NCBI GenBank assembly: GCA_964016885.1 | Contig: OZ024740.1 | Coordinates: 223,510,001 to 223,574,000, forward strand | Origin: Eledone cirrhosa | Taxonomy: Eukaryota | Direction: 5' to 3' | Length of the DNA: 64,000 nt | In this document: in pieces, positions 21,998-38,893 of the stretch | How positions within the stretch are numbered: position 1 is the first letter of the stretch | Layout: each line of letters begins with the position of its first letter | The notes under the pieces: model-generated | The model's input: the letters and a program-made list of their open reading frames with translations, nothing else | Database searches by the model: none | What the model was told of the DNA's origin: nothing | Program-made: the position numbers and the translations under genes

Positions 21998-24900
21998 GTG
22001 GCAAGTGAACTCTGCGAGACACAACAGAACCGCCATTTCTTCATGGAGGACCACCTGTCTGGAAGAGCCTTCCTCGTAGACACAGGAGCTTCGTGCAGTA
22101 TTTGGCCTGTCAATTGTATGACAGTAACTCCTTCTGAGTCATCAATGAATCTACAAGCTGTCAATCATTCGCCGATACGGACTTTTGGACCAATCTCGCT
22201 TCCTCTGCAATTAAGAAATCTTCGACGAGAATTCAAATGGATTTTTACGGTTGCTGACCTACCATATCCGATCTTGGGAGCGGATTTTCTACACCATTTT
22301 GCATTGACGGTGGACGTCCGTGGCCGACGCCTAGTAGACGACATTTCTGGTTTTTCTCTTCGTGACCAGAAAGCTAATTTTCCAACGGTTAGCCCGACCT
22401 TTTTCATCGCTAATGCTGGGAATCCCTATCATACATTGTTGAATTCTTTCCCACAGCTTACTCAGGGAAATTTTCGAGTTGTCGAACCGACTCACACAAC
22501 GGAGAATTTTATCTCTACAACTGGCGCCCCAGTGTTGTCACGTCCTCGTCGCTTGCTTGCGGCAAATTGAAGGCAGCACGGTCCGAGTTCCACCACATGC
22601 TGCAGCTAGGCATAATTCGCCCTTCTACGAGCCCTTGGGCTTCTCCGTTACACATGGTATCCAAGACGTCTGGCGACTGGAGACCCACTGGGGATTATAG
22701 GAAGTTAAATGCTATAACTGTCCCTGATAGATATCCTATTCCACACCTGCAAGATTTTGCATCGTCATTGCAGGGATGTAAAATATTCTCGAAGCTCGAT
22801 TTAGTGCGAGCCTATCATCAGATTCCTGTCAAGAAAGAAAATATTCCGAAAACAGCCATTACGACTCCATTTGGATCATTCGAATTTCTTACGATGCCTT
22901 TCGGACTTAGGAATGCTGCTAGCACCTTTCAACGGTTCATGGATGAGGTCACTCGTGGTTTAGACTTCGTCTACACTTATATTGATGATCTGCTTATTGC
23001 TAGTTCCTCCAGAGAAGAACACATACGTCATATGAATATTTTGCTTTGTCGACTCAAGGATTACAGTATTCAAATAAATACCACAAAATGTGTTTTCGGT
23101 GCGGAATCGCTGAATATTTTAGGTCATGTCATTGACTCCGAGGGTATTCGACCCCTCCCCCAACGAGTTCATGCTATAGAGGATTTGCCTCTGCCGACCT
23201 CACTTCGTCAGTTGCGACAATTCCTAGTACTGATAAATTTATATAGACGTTTTGTTCCGCATTGTGCTAATCTACTCTTCTCTCTTACTGAGATTCTGAA
23301 AAATTGCCGCAAGAAAAATAAGGACATCTTTTTGACTCAGATTCAGCTCGAGGATTTTCAAAAACCCAAATCAGGATTGGCTAGTGCATCTTTGCTGGCC
23401 CACCCAGTGTCCAATTTCAAGGTTTCGCTTTGTGTTGATGCGTCGGATACGGAAGTGGGTGCGGTCTTACAACAGAGTAGTGACGATCACCAACAACCAT
23501 TGGAATTTTTCTCCAGGAAGTTGAAGCCTGCAGAAACTCGCTACAGCACCTTTGGCAGGGTGCTGTTAGCCATCTACCTTTCCGTGAAACATTTTTCACA
23601 TATGTTCGAAGGAAGGTGTTTCACAATCTATACTGACCATAAACCTTTGACCTTCGCTTTAAGGGGAAAGTCCGACAAATACTCGCCCAGAACAACAAGG
23701 CATCTCGACTTTATCTCACAAACGATATCCAACACATTCCAGGCTCATTGAACACAGCGGCTGACGCCATGTCTCGATTGCCGATCAGTTCAATTGCGTC
23801 ATCCCACGACATCGATTTAAATCACTTGGCAGCAGACCAACCTGCACTGGAAACGTTGGATATTACATCAGCCGAATTTGCGACGAGTAATTTGAAATAC
23901 CTGCCATTGCCCACCGCAGACGAACATATTCTCTGCGACGTTTCCGTGGATTCACCGAGACCATTTGTCCCGCTAAACCATCGTCGTTCTGTGTTTCTTG
24001 CTTTACACAGCATTTCCTACCCAGGATCTTCTGCCACAGTAAAGCTCATAACAGCCAGATTCTTCTGGCCAAATATGAGGCGCGATATTACTGCTTGGTG
24101 CCGTTCCTGCATCGCTTGCCAGAAATCGAAAATCCATAAACACGTTAAGGCTCCGCTCGGTACTTTCAGTACACCGGACGCCAGTTTCCGGCACATTCAT
24201 GTGGACATCGTGGGACCTTGGCCAGTCAGTGGTGGTCATACTTATCTATTGACTGTTATTGATCGTTTTTCGCGATGGCCTGAAGCCATCCCCTTGAAAG
24301 ACATCACTGCTGAAACGACAGTGCGTGCCCTATTATCAGGATGGATTGCCCGCTTTGGAGTGCCAACCACGATTACAACGGACCGTGGAATCTCTTCCAT
24401 GAAGTAACGAAAATCATCGGCGCTAAACACATCCGAACGACTGCATATCATCCTGCCTCTAATGGAATGGTGGAGCGTTTCAACCGACAACTAAAAGCTG
24501 CTCTACGGACTTCTCCTGACTCTACGCGTTGGAGCAAGTACCTCCCTATTGTGTTGTTGGGGATTCGGTCAGCAATAAAGGAGGACCTTGGGTTCTCCCC
24601 GGCCGAATTGTTATATGGTGCTCCTCTAGCGTTACCTGGGCAAATGCTTGCCCCTGTCGATCTTGCTGAACAAGATCCGCTTTCCTACGTATCCCGTCTG
24701 CGTTCTTATTTTCAGGACTTGCCGCCGATTGATACGAGGAAGCAAACTGTAAAATTTGCAGTCCAGAGGGATACTGCCTCGTGGACCCATGTGTTTGTGA
24801 GAAACGATGCCGTCAAACCACCTCTCACACAACCCTACTCTGGACCCTACCGTGTGTTGGCTCGTTCTGATAAACATTTCACTGTAGACATTAAAGGATC

Positions 24901-25132
24901 CAGAAAGACCATTGCATTTGATAGACTTAAAGGGGCCCACACAGATGCTCACACACCTGAGCCACATATCCCCCATCTTTCTCTTTTGCACACACACCTG
25001 TTTCTTTGCCCCCCCCCCCTATCACCAAGATATAACACTACGACCCGTTCCGGTCGGAGAGTTCATTGGGTAAAAAACTGTGTAGCACGGTATATTTTAA
25101 AACTGTTATTGTGCGGTGCTTTAATCCTGTAG
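21998..25132 (+). pseudogene. pol: Gypsy pol (protease-RT-RNase H-integrase), frameshifted into four ORFs
   Basis: PR: FLVDTGAS, ILGADFL. RT: [32 protein letters not shown]: VDASD, YTDHKPL. IN: CRSCIAC, HVDIVGP, TTDRG, NGMVERFNRQLK, GPY. Domain order is Ty3/Gypsy. Confidence 0.93.
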
Positions 25133-25367
25133 TGACTATTTGAACTTTTAGAAAATTGTATTTACATTTTATTACATTTGTTTTTTCCTTTCACGTTCTT
25201 GAATGCTTGTTTAATATATATTTTTGAATTTTGATGTGCCCTTCAGGCTCGGTTGGGCTGATTGGTCCTTGGTTTGGGATTTTAGATGGTTGCTAATCGG
25301 TTTTTCTACATATATGATTCGGTGAACCGACTTTTATTACATTTTCTAAAACTCTGCTGGGAGGCCA

Positions 25368-25647
25368 TGTAGATCACGCCATCTAGCGTCGACTGTGAAG
25401 GCAGTCGATTAACTGCCCTTAGTTCTGACGTCAGTAGCTGAGACAATAACACTTGGACAATGAGAGCTCGGAGACAATAGACGTGCTATCACCAATCATG
25501 CTATCTACATGCAGTGATCCAAAGAATGACATCACACCATGCGGCGGTATATGACGACTTAAATATATCCCAACCTAGGAGCACTAATGTATTTGTATAT
25601 ATTCTGTAATTGCTCCTATTAAAAATGTTTATATAACATGAAATTGA
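25368..25647 (+). repeat. 3' LTR, truncated at its distal end
   Basis: Follows purine-rich GGGAGGCCA, starts TGTAGATCACGCC and breaks off at AAATTGA. Confidence 0.85.
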
Positions 25648-25648
25648 C

Positions 25649-25980
25649 CACGCGACCATATCCTTGTTTTGGAAAAGAAATGCGACGCCATCTTGTTTCA
25701 TAATGACTATCTCGAATCACAGATACCACCAATTGTGCTGTTTTCCCGTAGTTCGGAACATTACTTACTTTTATTCGCCATTGTGGAAATAGATTGACAA
25801 TGAATGGTCCTAATTTACCTGCTTCTTCTTCACATTCGAACCAGCCCGTCTCGACACGCGAGGATGCCATGTTAAAGGCTATTGATTCTTTGACGGAGCA
25901 AGTCACTCGATTATGCAGGGAGAATAGGCCGTATTCCCGGCGGCCTAGGAGTCGTTCGCGTTCTTTCGCAACTCCACGTC
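25649..25980 (+). repeat. Duplicate of leader/gag segment 21535-21867
   Basis: Near-identical sequence; ORF 25794 repeats ORF 21681 (MTMNGPNLPA...). Confidence 0.9.
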
Positions 25981-26357
25981 GGGGTCACCACTTTAGGCGG
26001 GCGATGGTCGTCAGTCATCCCGTCTAATTGGTTATTGTTTACTGGCACATAGTCAAACAAGGAAGAAGGAACATACCTCAATTTTATGTTATAAAAACTT
26101 TTTTAATAGGAGTAATTACAGAATATATACAAATACATTAGTGCTCCTAGGTTGGGATATATTTAAGTCGTCATATACTGCCGCATGGTGTGATGTCATT
26201 CTTTGGATCACTGCATGTAGATAGCACGTCTATTGTCTCCGAGCTCTCATTGTCCAAGTATATTGTCTCAGCTATTGACGTCAGAACGTAACGTCAGAAC
26301 TAAGGGCAGTTAATCGACTGCCTTAACAGTCGACGCTAAATGGCGTGATCTTCTACA
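25975..26357 (-). repeat. Complete inverted LTR (25992-26357) plus clean tRNA-Trp-type PBS (25975-25990)
   Basis: Minus strand reads TGTAGAAGATCACGCC...CCGCCTAAA-G-TGGTGACCCCGACGTG. Confidence 0.9.
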
Positions 26358-26620
26358 CTAGGAATATCTCAGCTGCTCCCCACAGAAAATATCTACGGAC
26401 ACCCTCTGCATCAGCCATTCCTATCCATGAATTCTTTTTCAGGTGAGATGCACTCTTCCCAAAAGCGGGAGTTCGATACCGAGAACAGCCCTTTCAACTG
26501 CGATTAGAGCGAGAAGGAAGCGGTCGGCGAAAATCACGGTATTTCGATTCATACTATATTGCATATATGTGACTAAGTATGTTATATATATTATATATAT
26601 ATAGAGAGAGAGTAAATGAC

Positions 26621-26726
26621 TCAGGATCCCGAAGGCAGAGCTCCGGCCGTTTCGACAGCTAGATACGAACTGATCCGTTCGGATCTAGGTGTCGAAACGG
26701 CCGGAGGTCAGCCGTCGGAGACCTGA
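26621..26726. repeat. GC-rich fold-back element between (TA)n tracts
   Basis: Perfect 17-bp stem CTCCGGCCGTTTCGACA / TGTCGAAACGGCCGGAG (26641-26706), extended imperfectly inward and outward to TCAGG/CCTGA. Confidence 0.8.
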
Positions 26727-26814
26727 CTTTTTTCATATTACCCACTCTATTACATTAAGCATTGAATACTCCGATGAGTTATGGTCCACCTGGTATCTTA
26801 CCACACCATCTTTG

Positions 26815-26876
<62 letters not shown>

Positions 26877-27119
26877 ATGCATTTATGTATTCATCTATAT
26901 TTATATAATTGATATATATATACGATGTACCCGCGACATTCGCAGAATTTTCCTTAGAACCTAAGAATTCTTCGTGGAAACCACCGCATATTCGCAGAAT
27001 CGTAATGTAATTTTTTAAACGCTAAATTATTAATAACAATATACCGTATTTGCCGGCCTATGGGACGCCCTTTCACGTAAGGCTGTCCTTTTTTTTAATA
27101 TATATATGTTGACGTTTAT

Positions 27120-27212
27120 AGGTACTTGTATGAACCACGTCCAATATTTGCAGTTTTCCACTCTTCGCAGTGCTCTAGGAACATAACCCCCGCCAATACC
27201 AAGGGACAACTG
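27120..27212 (-). mobile_element. Tigger/pogo-like DNA transposon terminus
   Basis: Minus strand TA-CAGTTGTCCCTTGGTATTGGCGGGGGTTATGTTCC resembles MER2/Tigger-type ends. Confidence 0.5.
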
Positions 27213-27213
27213 T

Positions 27214-27289
<76 letters not shown>

Positions 27290-27336
27290 GTATCTGTGTA
27301 TATATATATATATCTGTGTGTATATATATATATATC

Positions 27337-27417
<81 letters not shown>

Positions 27418-27496
27418 CTGTGTGTGTATATATATATATATCTGTGTGTGTATATATATATATATATCTATATCTGTGTGTATATATATATCTATC

Positions 27497-27565
<69 letters not shown>

Positions 27566-27617
27566 GTGTGTATATATATATATATATATATCTGTGTATA
27601 TATATATATATATATAT
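27213..27617. repeat. Compound (TA)n/(TG)n microsatellite
   Basis: Direct inspection. Confidence 0.97.
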
Positions 27618-28132
27618 GAATAAATAAAATAAAATAAAATAAGATAAATAAATACATACACAAGCACAATAACAACAAGCACATACACACACACTAGTCA
27701 CCCAGCAGACACAACACTATACACACTAGTCACATAGCAAACATAACACTATACGCACACGCAAACGCATGCGCAAAGGAGACAAAATAAAATAAACAAA
27801 CAAGCAAATAAATAAATAAATAAATAGACAGACCGAATAAAAAATGGCGTAGACATACAACACAACAGGAGGACAAAATATAACACCACTGACGATGTTG
27901 CAGATGTGCAACGAAAGATTTATGTAAATTATGTAAACTATATATATGTGTTTGTGTCTATATTGTATCTGTATTATTTTTGACCGTCGGTCAGTCAATG
28001 GCAACATTGAGGACCGATTAAGTTAGATCGCAGATGTAAAAGACAGCGAGAAGCGAAAACCAACCAAACAGTGAGTGTGTTCTGTTATTAATTCTGGCAA
28101 TATTACACAAATATGACCCTCCCTAAGTATAA

Positions 28133-32160
<4,028 letters not shown>

Positions 32161-33949
32161 TTTATGTATATATTTGTATGTGTATGACTCACAAATAAAG
32201 TATTAGAAATGTGACATTGATCTTTAATCCCCGGTGGTTGTTTTTAATTAAACCATAGAATTTCCACGAGTTCAGCTATTAATAATTAAAATTCAACTGT
32301 TTATTCATATCTAATCTACTTATTTGGTAGTAATAAAGATAATAAATTGCATAACATTCCTATCACATATACATATTTTGAAATAGATACGTAAGAGTAG
32401 ATGAATGGAATTCTATGCTTTTTTATTATCCCATTTACGAAGTAAATAGATTAAATATGATTCAACAGTTCAATTTTAATCATTATTGCCATGAAATACC
32501 TCAGTACGAAATAAAATTTCCCACTAAGAAAAGTAAAAGGGGTGGAATTATGTATGAACAAATCAAAATGGCGCTTGTAGAGAGAAGGTATCTCAGCTTT
32601 TGTATAAAATTACAAGCAGTGGGTTCATTATGAGACAACATTTGTCACGTTTTTTGTCCCGAAGGCACTATCCAAGAATATACTACGAACTAAGTACATA
32701 TATCGCTCGCCTTAATTGATATAAACAAACTAAATATTGCAGCAGCATTTATTGGAGAAATTAAAACTATACAACGCTTCACTAATATTGATGCAAAATA
32801 TATGTGTTATCAGACGAGGTTTTTTCAAATTAAATGTTCAAGGAATTTAGTTTGCTTCTTGTTTTGATATTTCGATATTTTAACGTCTCATCTTTCAATC
32901 GTGTTGTTTCAGCCAATTTGAGCCATTTCTGGGCTCTTTATATAAGAGTAAATTGTCTACTCCGAACTTATTTGGCACTAGCTTTCTCCAAGGCTTGATC
33001 TAGCTACAAGAGAATAATTTTACCAGTTGAAATACATGTATGATTATCTGAATTTCTCTTTAGTTATGATCTTTATCTGTTTGCATACAATTCTTTAACA
33101 AATTATTCCATAAAACGTGAACATATGAGTACATCCTCTCGATATATTATACAAAAGCTTTGTAAAACAAGAATACGCTTCTTTTACAAACACTTTTTTG
33201 TAAAGTTTGCCTCAATTCATCTAGGAAATTATGTTCTATTGTCTTTCATATTGTATTCTGTTCTGTATCAAATTTGAATTCACAAACCAGATGTTTACGA
33301 TTATTGTATTAGTTTACTAATGTCGGCAAAACTGCCTTTTTGGTGGTACGTATGAAATAATAAAAATAATTGATTCCTGATGTTATATCTAGGAACAGTT
33401 CTTAAATTTCTATTAATGTTTAATGCAGTTAATTGTGTAGCACCAATACCCAAAGATTTTAAATAGAAAATATGCATGTTCTGGCGGTTTTTCTCAAGAA
33501 AGATCCGATGTAAGACTACTTATGATAAAAGAGGATTCTGGCTATTTCTGAGAGAACAAAGATAAAAGGCTTGGGGTATGCACGTTGCTTTCTCGTCTTT
33601 GGCAGCAAATAATAGACCAGTCGGGGATAACACATTTGTATTGAAACAAGTACTTATGAATGTTAAATATACGTATTTGAAGGATTATTGTTTATTTTTA
33701 TAGAATATTTATTAATGTTCATATTTGTAATGCATTCCGATTTCTTTGTGTTTTATGATTTCAAGAAATTTTCAATGCATATATATTTTGATTAAAATTA
33801 CTATATTTACTTTGCTTGAACCTCTGTTCCACAAAGTAAACTAAATATATCAGCACACAAATAGTAGCAGCTAAAAAATATACTACTACGTTTGGAGCAT
33901 TAAAAGATATTTGTGGGGGAAGTGTTGACGAGTTAGGTCTGCACTTACT

Positions 33950-34400
33950 ACCGCTATACTCCTATTGTAGCACAGGTCGGCCCCCTCCACAGCTCGCTCT
34001 GAACGATAAACCAGGAGTCTCGACGAGGCTGGCTTCTCCTCACAACTGGATGCAGCTCTCTTCCTATTCAAGGGAGGTAAATCCCTAATCTCGGACATCA
34101 CGTGCTGCGACTCATTTTCCGTCCCCACACTTGTAGCTTCAGCCACAAACCCGGACACCATCGACCACAATGCAGAGGAGAGGATGATAAACAAATACCG
34201 GAGCTTGACCAATACTTTCCCTTTCATGTCGGTAGCCGTCGAGACCTCAGCTGTCCTCGCTCCCCTAACTGTTGTATTCCTCCGCCAAATCGGAACGATT
34301 GCAGTTCGCTTGACGAAGGAGCCCCGTGGGGTGGGGTGGATACAGCAGCGAGCTTCGCTAGCCATTTTATCTGTGGGTGCAGCTAATGCATGTGGCTCGA
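33950..34400 (+). pseudogene. 3' relic of a CRE-clade-like non-LTR element: restriction-like endonuclease domain
   Basis: Translates as ALND..RSLDEAG...FKGGKSLISDITCCDSF...AEERMINKYRSL..FPFMSVAVETSAVLAP...FLRQIG......EPR...IQQRASLAI, matching the GK.L.WD.TC.DT / AE..K..KY / AVET.G / QR.S.AI pattern of REL domains. The RPDG segment appears deleted. Confidence 0.7.
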
Positions 34401-37400
34401 ACTGGAGTGTTCAGTCTGTCGCTTCGTACCCACTTTCTCTTTTTTATTTTTCGCTGCTTAATTCCTTTTTTTTCTCTCTATATTTTCCTTTCGTCATTAT
34501 GCTTAATATTTCAGTTGTTCAAAATAGTAGTAACTTCAAATGTGTGATTTAACGGAATTTTACATTTATTAAACACACTATTTACATTTGATAACTAATA
34601 CGAAATCTTTATTGCTCCAGAATTCTTTAATATAAAATACGTCTTCATTTCCATTTTTTGTTTCTTATACACAAATATTGATTAAAATTTCTATAACTAT
34701 TAAATGATTAACAATCTTTGATACAAAACTTCAACCGATTTTCTGAAATGCGTGCGATTATTTGGTATTGAAATATTTTATTTATCAAATTTTCATTTGT
34801 TTATTTTCACCATGTAATTTCCTTCTTGGCTATACAAACACCATCACCTCTGACACAATTACCATAGCAAATAGTCTGGGATAACTGTCTGTGATGATCG
34901 AACTTTGTGAATAAAGAATTAAGAAGATATCGTTAGTAATAATTAAAATTAGAAGGTATCAACCATACATTATGAAGTACATTAAAAGATTTCAAATAAT
35001 CAAAAAATTAGAATACATGTAATTTATTTTATATATTTCTTTAATTTATCATTATCTTGGGAATATCGTCGTTGTGGTCATTTGTATGTCTGCTTTTCTG
35101 CGCTAGAATGTGTTGAACGGTATATTTTATGCGACCTTTAATGGTCGAGTGGCCTTCCTGATGTCAACCTATCTATACTGTATCTTGAAACGTGACATAT
35201 ACTGCTCCTTTTTGTCGAATTGGTGAGATGCAAAATACAAACAAGTATTACTACTTGCTTTAAATAGGTTCAATATGAAAACACGCACATTTGACAGGCT
35301 TCCTTACAGTTTCCATCTAACAAGCATTGCTTGGTCTGAGAATACAATAGCGGTAACTTTCCCAATGAAGTTCGATTAAACCTTCTTACCCGCACAGTTA
35401 TGAAAAGCACACTACTGGAACTAAGATTTTAAGAGGAATATTTCATCAAAATATAAATTATCTGTTCTAATATATACTTAATAATAATGACAGAGTCGTA
35501 AGAACATTGGATATAATGATTCTCAGTTTTTATTTCGTCTCTCTGCACTCAGAAGTCAAACCATGCTTTGGTCAATTTCGCCATTCATCATTTCAATTCG
35601 ATAAAGTTCAATATTGGGAACGATTTTTACTCTGTATATCCTTATTAAAATTTCCTTTCTCATTTTCACTCTCTGGAGGAATTCTCTGAGTTCAGACTTG
35701 AAGAGGTATGGGCTATGTCAGGTTTAAATGCCCACGATATGGTGTGTGTATATCGCATCAGCTCCCCTATGAGTCCACCAGGAGGTAAGTGTTCATGCCA
35801 TGGCATGGCAGTTTATAATAATTTTAAGTAAATCTATTAAGGTATATTTGAAAGCATTTCAAAATTTGATACATGCCAGAAAAAGAAATATTTTCTAACT
35901 GTAGACTCTGTAAAGTGACTGGGGTAAGAATGGAACAGACGCTGTAGAAATCCTGCCAAACATTGAAATGTGCAAAGAAGACATTGTCTTGTAACCTGAC
36001 GTGGAAGGCATTAATTCTGATTATGAACGGATTTGGATTGTAATGACATCAACCATGCTAACATTGAAGGTAGATGAAAGATAATATAAAAGGAAAATAA
36101 AGGCTGTTAATATAGGGTAAATCGATTAAAGTGGCACCAAAACTTGATTGGCACTTTCTTTTAACGGTCCTGTTGAAATGAATGACATGTAGGAATGATC
36201 TTGATCTTGGCTAGATTTGAACTACGAATTTAAAGAGATGTAGTTTGATGCTCTAATGATTCTAAAGATACGCACAAAAGGTTATCATTTTGAAACGCAA
36301 TAGTACTTTTTAAAGTATATATTTATTTTCAATATATATAAAAGAGCTTTCTTTATATCATTTAAAATTTTTACTCACCAGTTCTTTGAACTCACTGTGC
36401 TCTGAATTCAAATCTCACTGAGGTCAATTTTGCCTTTCATCATTTCGATAGATTACCAGTTTGGATTGTTTCTACATGTCTCTCCTTTTCCCCGAAAGAA
36501 ATCACTTATATTTAGACCTGGAGATGGATGAGATCGTTCAGACACAGAATGCCGACAACATGGCATAGACCAGCATAGGGCTCTTTGATTTCATTAGAAG
36601 TTAAGTACCCTTTACATTTCATTTTATAAACAAAATCTTTTAGGATGGTTGTCGCTTTGAATAAGAACTGAAACGGACGGTAATAACCTCTGCAACACTT
36701 ACCAACTGATGTGAAAGAAATATAATATGTAGTGAAATGTTAAAACATGTATAAAATAGTCTCTTTATATAATTTTAAATTTTCATTCTAACCATCACAG
36801 TTCATTGAAGTTGTAGTGTGCTGGAACGTTTCTTAATTTTTCAGATATTAAGTTGTTAAAAGCAAAGCGGAAATGACTAAATGGCATATATTCATAAAAG
36901 CAAAATTAAATACTACATTATTCCCCCGAACTGAATTACATAAATTTACTACTTTTTAGCATTCATTAAATAATATATTTTGTACCATTTACTTCCAAAT
37001 CATTTTAAAGTGTGTCTTAAGTACTATAACATGAATATAAGTTCATAATGAGATAATTTATCTAATTTGTTTCAATATCCACTTTGGAACAACCCCGAGG
37101 AAAGAGTTAATATCAAAATTGTTCACACTATTTCCTTTTAAAATATTTCTTAATTTTCAAAAGCAATTATTTAATATAACATCTAATTTTTCATCTTTAT
37201 CTAGAATTGAAGACTCTGACTAATATGCCATATATTAGATAAAAAGAGGTGTGCTAATTTTTCGAAAACTCAAGTAGAATTACTGTAATGATTTTATAGA
37301 TTTAAGTACTGTGTGTGTGTGTTGGTCCTCTGTCAATCCCGACAACGAGTGTTCCGGTTGTTTAATCAACAACTATGGGCTGCTTATGAAAATATGCTAG

Positions 37401-37513
37401 TGGCTGGGCATTCCACAGACACCTGTACTTTTAATATAATTTTCAGGGAGATTCAGTATGATTCCATATGACAATGCTGGTCTTTTGAATTAGTTACAAT
37501 TCATTATTTCTAA

Positions 37514-37580
37514 GGGCGGTGGATTGGCAGTATCGGTAGAGGGTCGGACACCATGCTTTGGCTCATAGAGTTACTGCCCT
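37514..37580 (+). mobile_element. SINE 5' head fragment
   Basis: GGGCGGTGGATTGGCAGTATCGGTAGAGGGTCGGACACCATGCTTTG. Confidence 0.7.
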
Positions 37581-38759
37581 ATATACCACCCAACAAACAT
37601 CTACATCTGCACATACATAACCATCAACATTTTACATTATCTGATGCGTGTACACGTATGTGCACATGCCCGCACACACCACCAAAACACATATTCCAGG
37701 GCTCACGTATAGTGTGCTTGTATCTCTTGAACACGTATCTGTATTTGCGTGGCACTCAGTGTCGCAGCTGTGACGCCGTCGGTGTTGAATGTTTCCTAAC
37801 ATTTACTCCGTCCCAAAAACTTCCCGGCACTATCCATCTCAATGTACGTAGTGACTTCACACTTTGTAGCTTAGCCGTTTATGGTTAAACCACCATATCG
37901 TCGTATCCGAAGCTAAGCAGTTTCTCTTACGCCCGTACTACGTAATGAAATATTAAGGCAACGATCATAATCGCTACCAACGCCTTATAATTCAGGGGTA
38001 AACAATATTTTGGTCAAAGTAATTTCTCTTTTAATTCTCTCTATTTCCTTTTTACATGCACACATGCACGTACGTGCCCACGCACACTGACCATCCGCTT
38101 TTCATAATGACTTGTTACAGCCTGAAATTAAAAATAATTCTGCCTTAACATTGTTGCCTCTCTTACTATTGCACTCACAAACACAAAGACATTTATTTTA
38201 ACCTTTCCACAGTGTCATCCACGTTTTAGAATTGCTATTTAAGTTCTCTCTCTCACACACATACAGACATTCTTACCATGTCCTTCCCCTAAAGATTTGT
38301 TATAGGATGAAATTTAATAAAGCATTCCAGTGTTGTTTCCCCTATCACCACCGCTGTTCTCTCTCTCTCCTTCGTTCTACACACACGCACACAAGCACGG
38401 AACCACACAACTCTACAGCATGATAGGCATTTAGCGTGGGATGTACTGCAGCTTTAACATAATAGATATAAAGTTGCAAGCTAATCCGTCAATCAAATGC
38501 GTATTAACCCATTGTACAAAATGTATTTAGAGCTAGACGGACTGATCATTGAGAAATAACTTAACTCTGCTAGGGTCATTGACATTACAAACTGGCAGCT
38601 CTTCAACTGGTAAACTAGTACCTGAATAACAGCATGTATATACTGAACTCTAACTCGTGATGGAGTCATAGAGTACTTATCCTTTGTCCAGGTCAGAATA
38701 CAGATTCTCCAGAGAAGAATAGGGAGAAAGACATATAGAGGAAGAATCAACCTTAAATA

Positions 38760-38893
38760 GACTGGTACTTTTTATAGATCTTGAAAGGATAAAAGGCAAA
38801 GTTGACATCGGCGGATTTGAACTCAGAGAGCTAGAACGATTACTACAAAACATTCTATCCAACATTCTAATGACTTTGCTAATCTGCCACCAA
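38760..38893 (-). mobile_element. Older SINE copy
   Basis: ACTGGTACTT...AAAGGCAAAGTTGAC.TCGGCGGATTTGAACTCAG...AATCTGCCACC. Similar decayed copies near 36130, 39460, 42170, 50390, 52160, 59700 and 59840. Confidence 0.65.

Larger units (their letters stand above)
20745..26357. mobile_element. Rearranged or nested Ty3/Gypsy LTR retrotransposon locus
   Basis: Four LTR segments, two PBSs and degraded gag/pol. CTAG lies immediately outside both ends (20741-20744 and 26358-26361). Confidence 0.9.
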
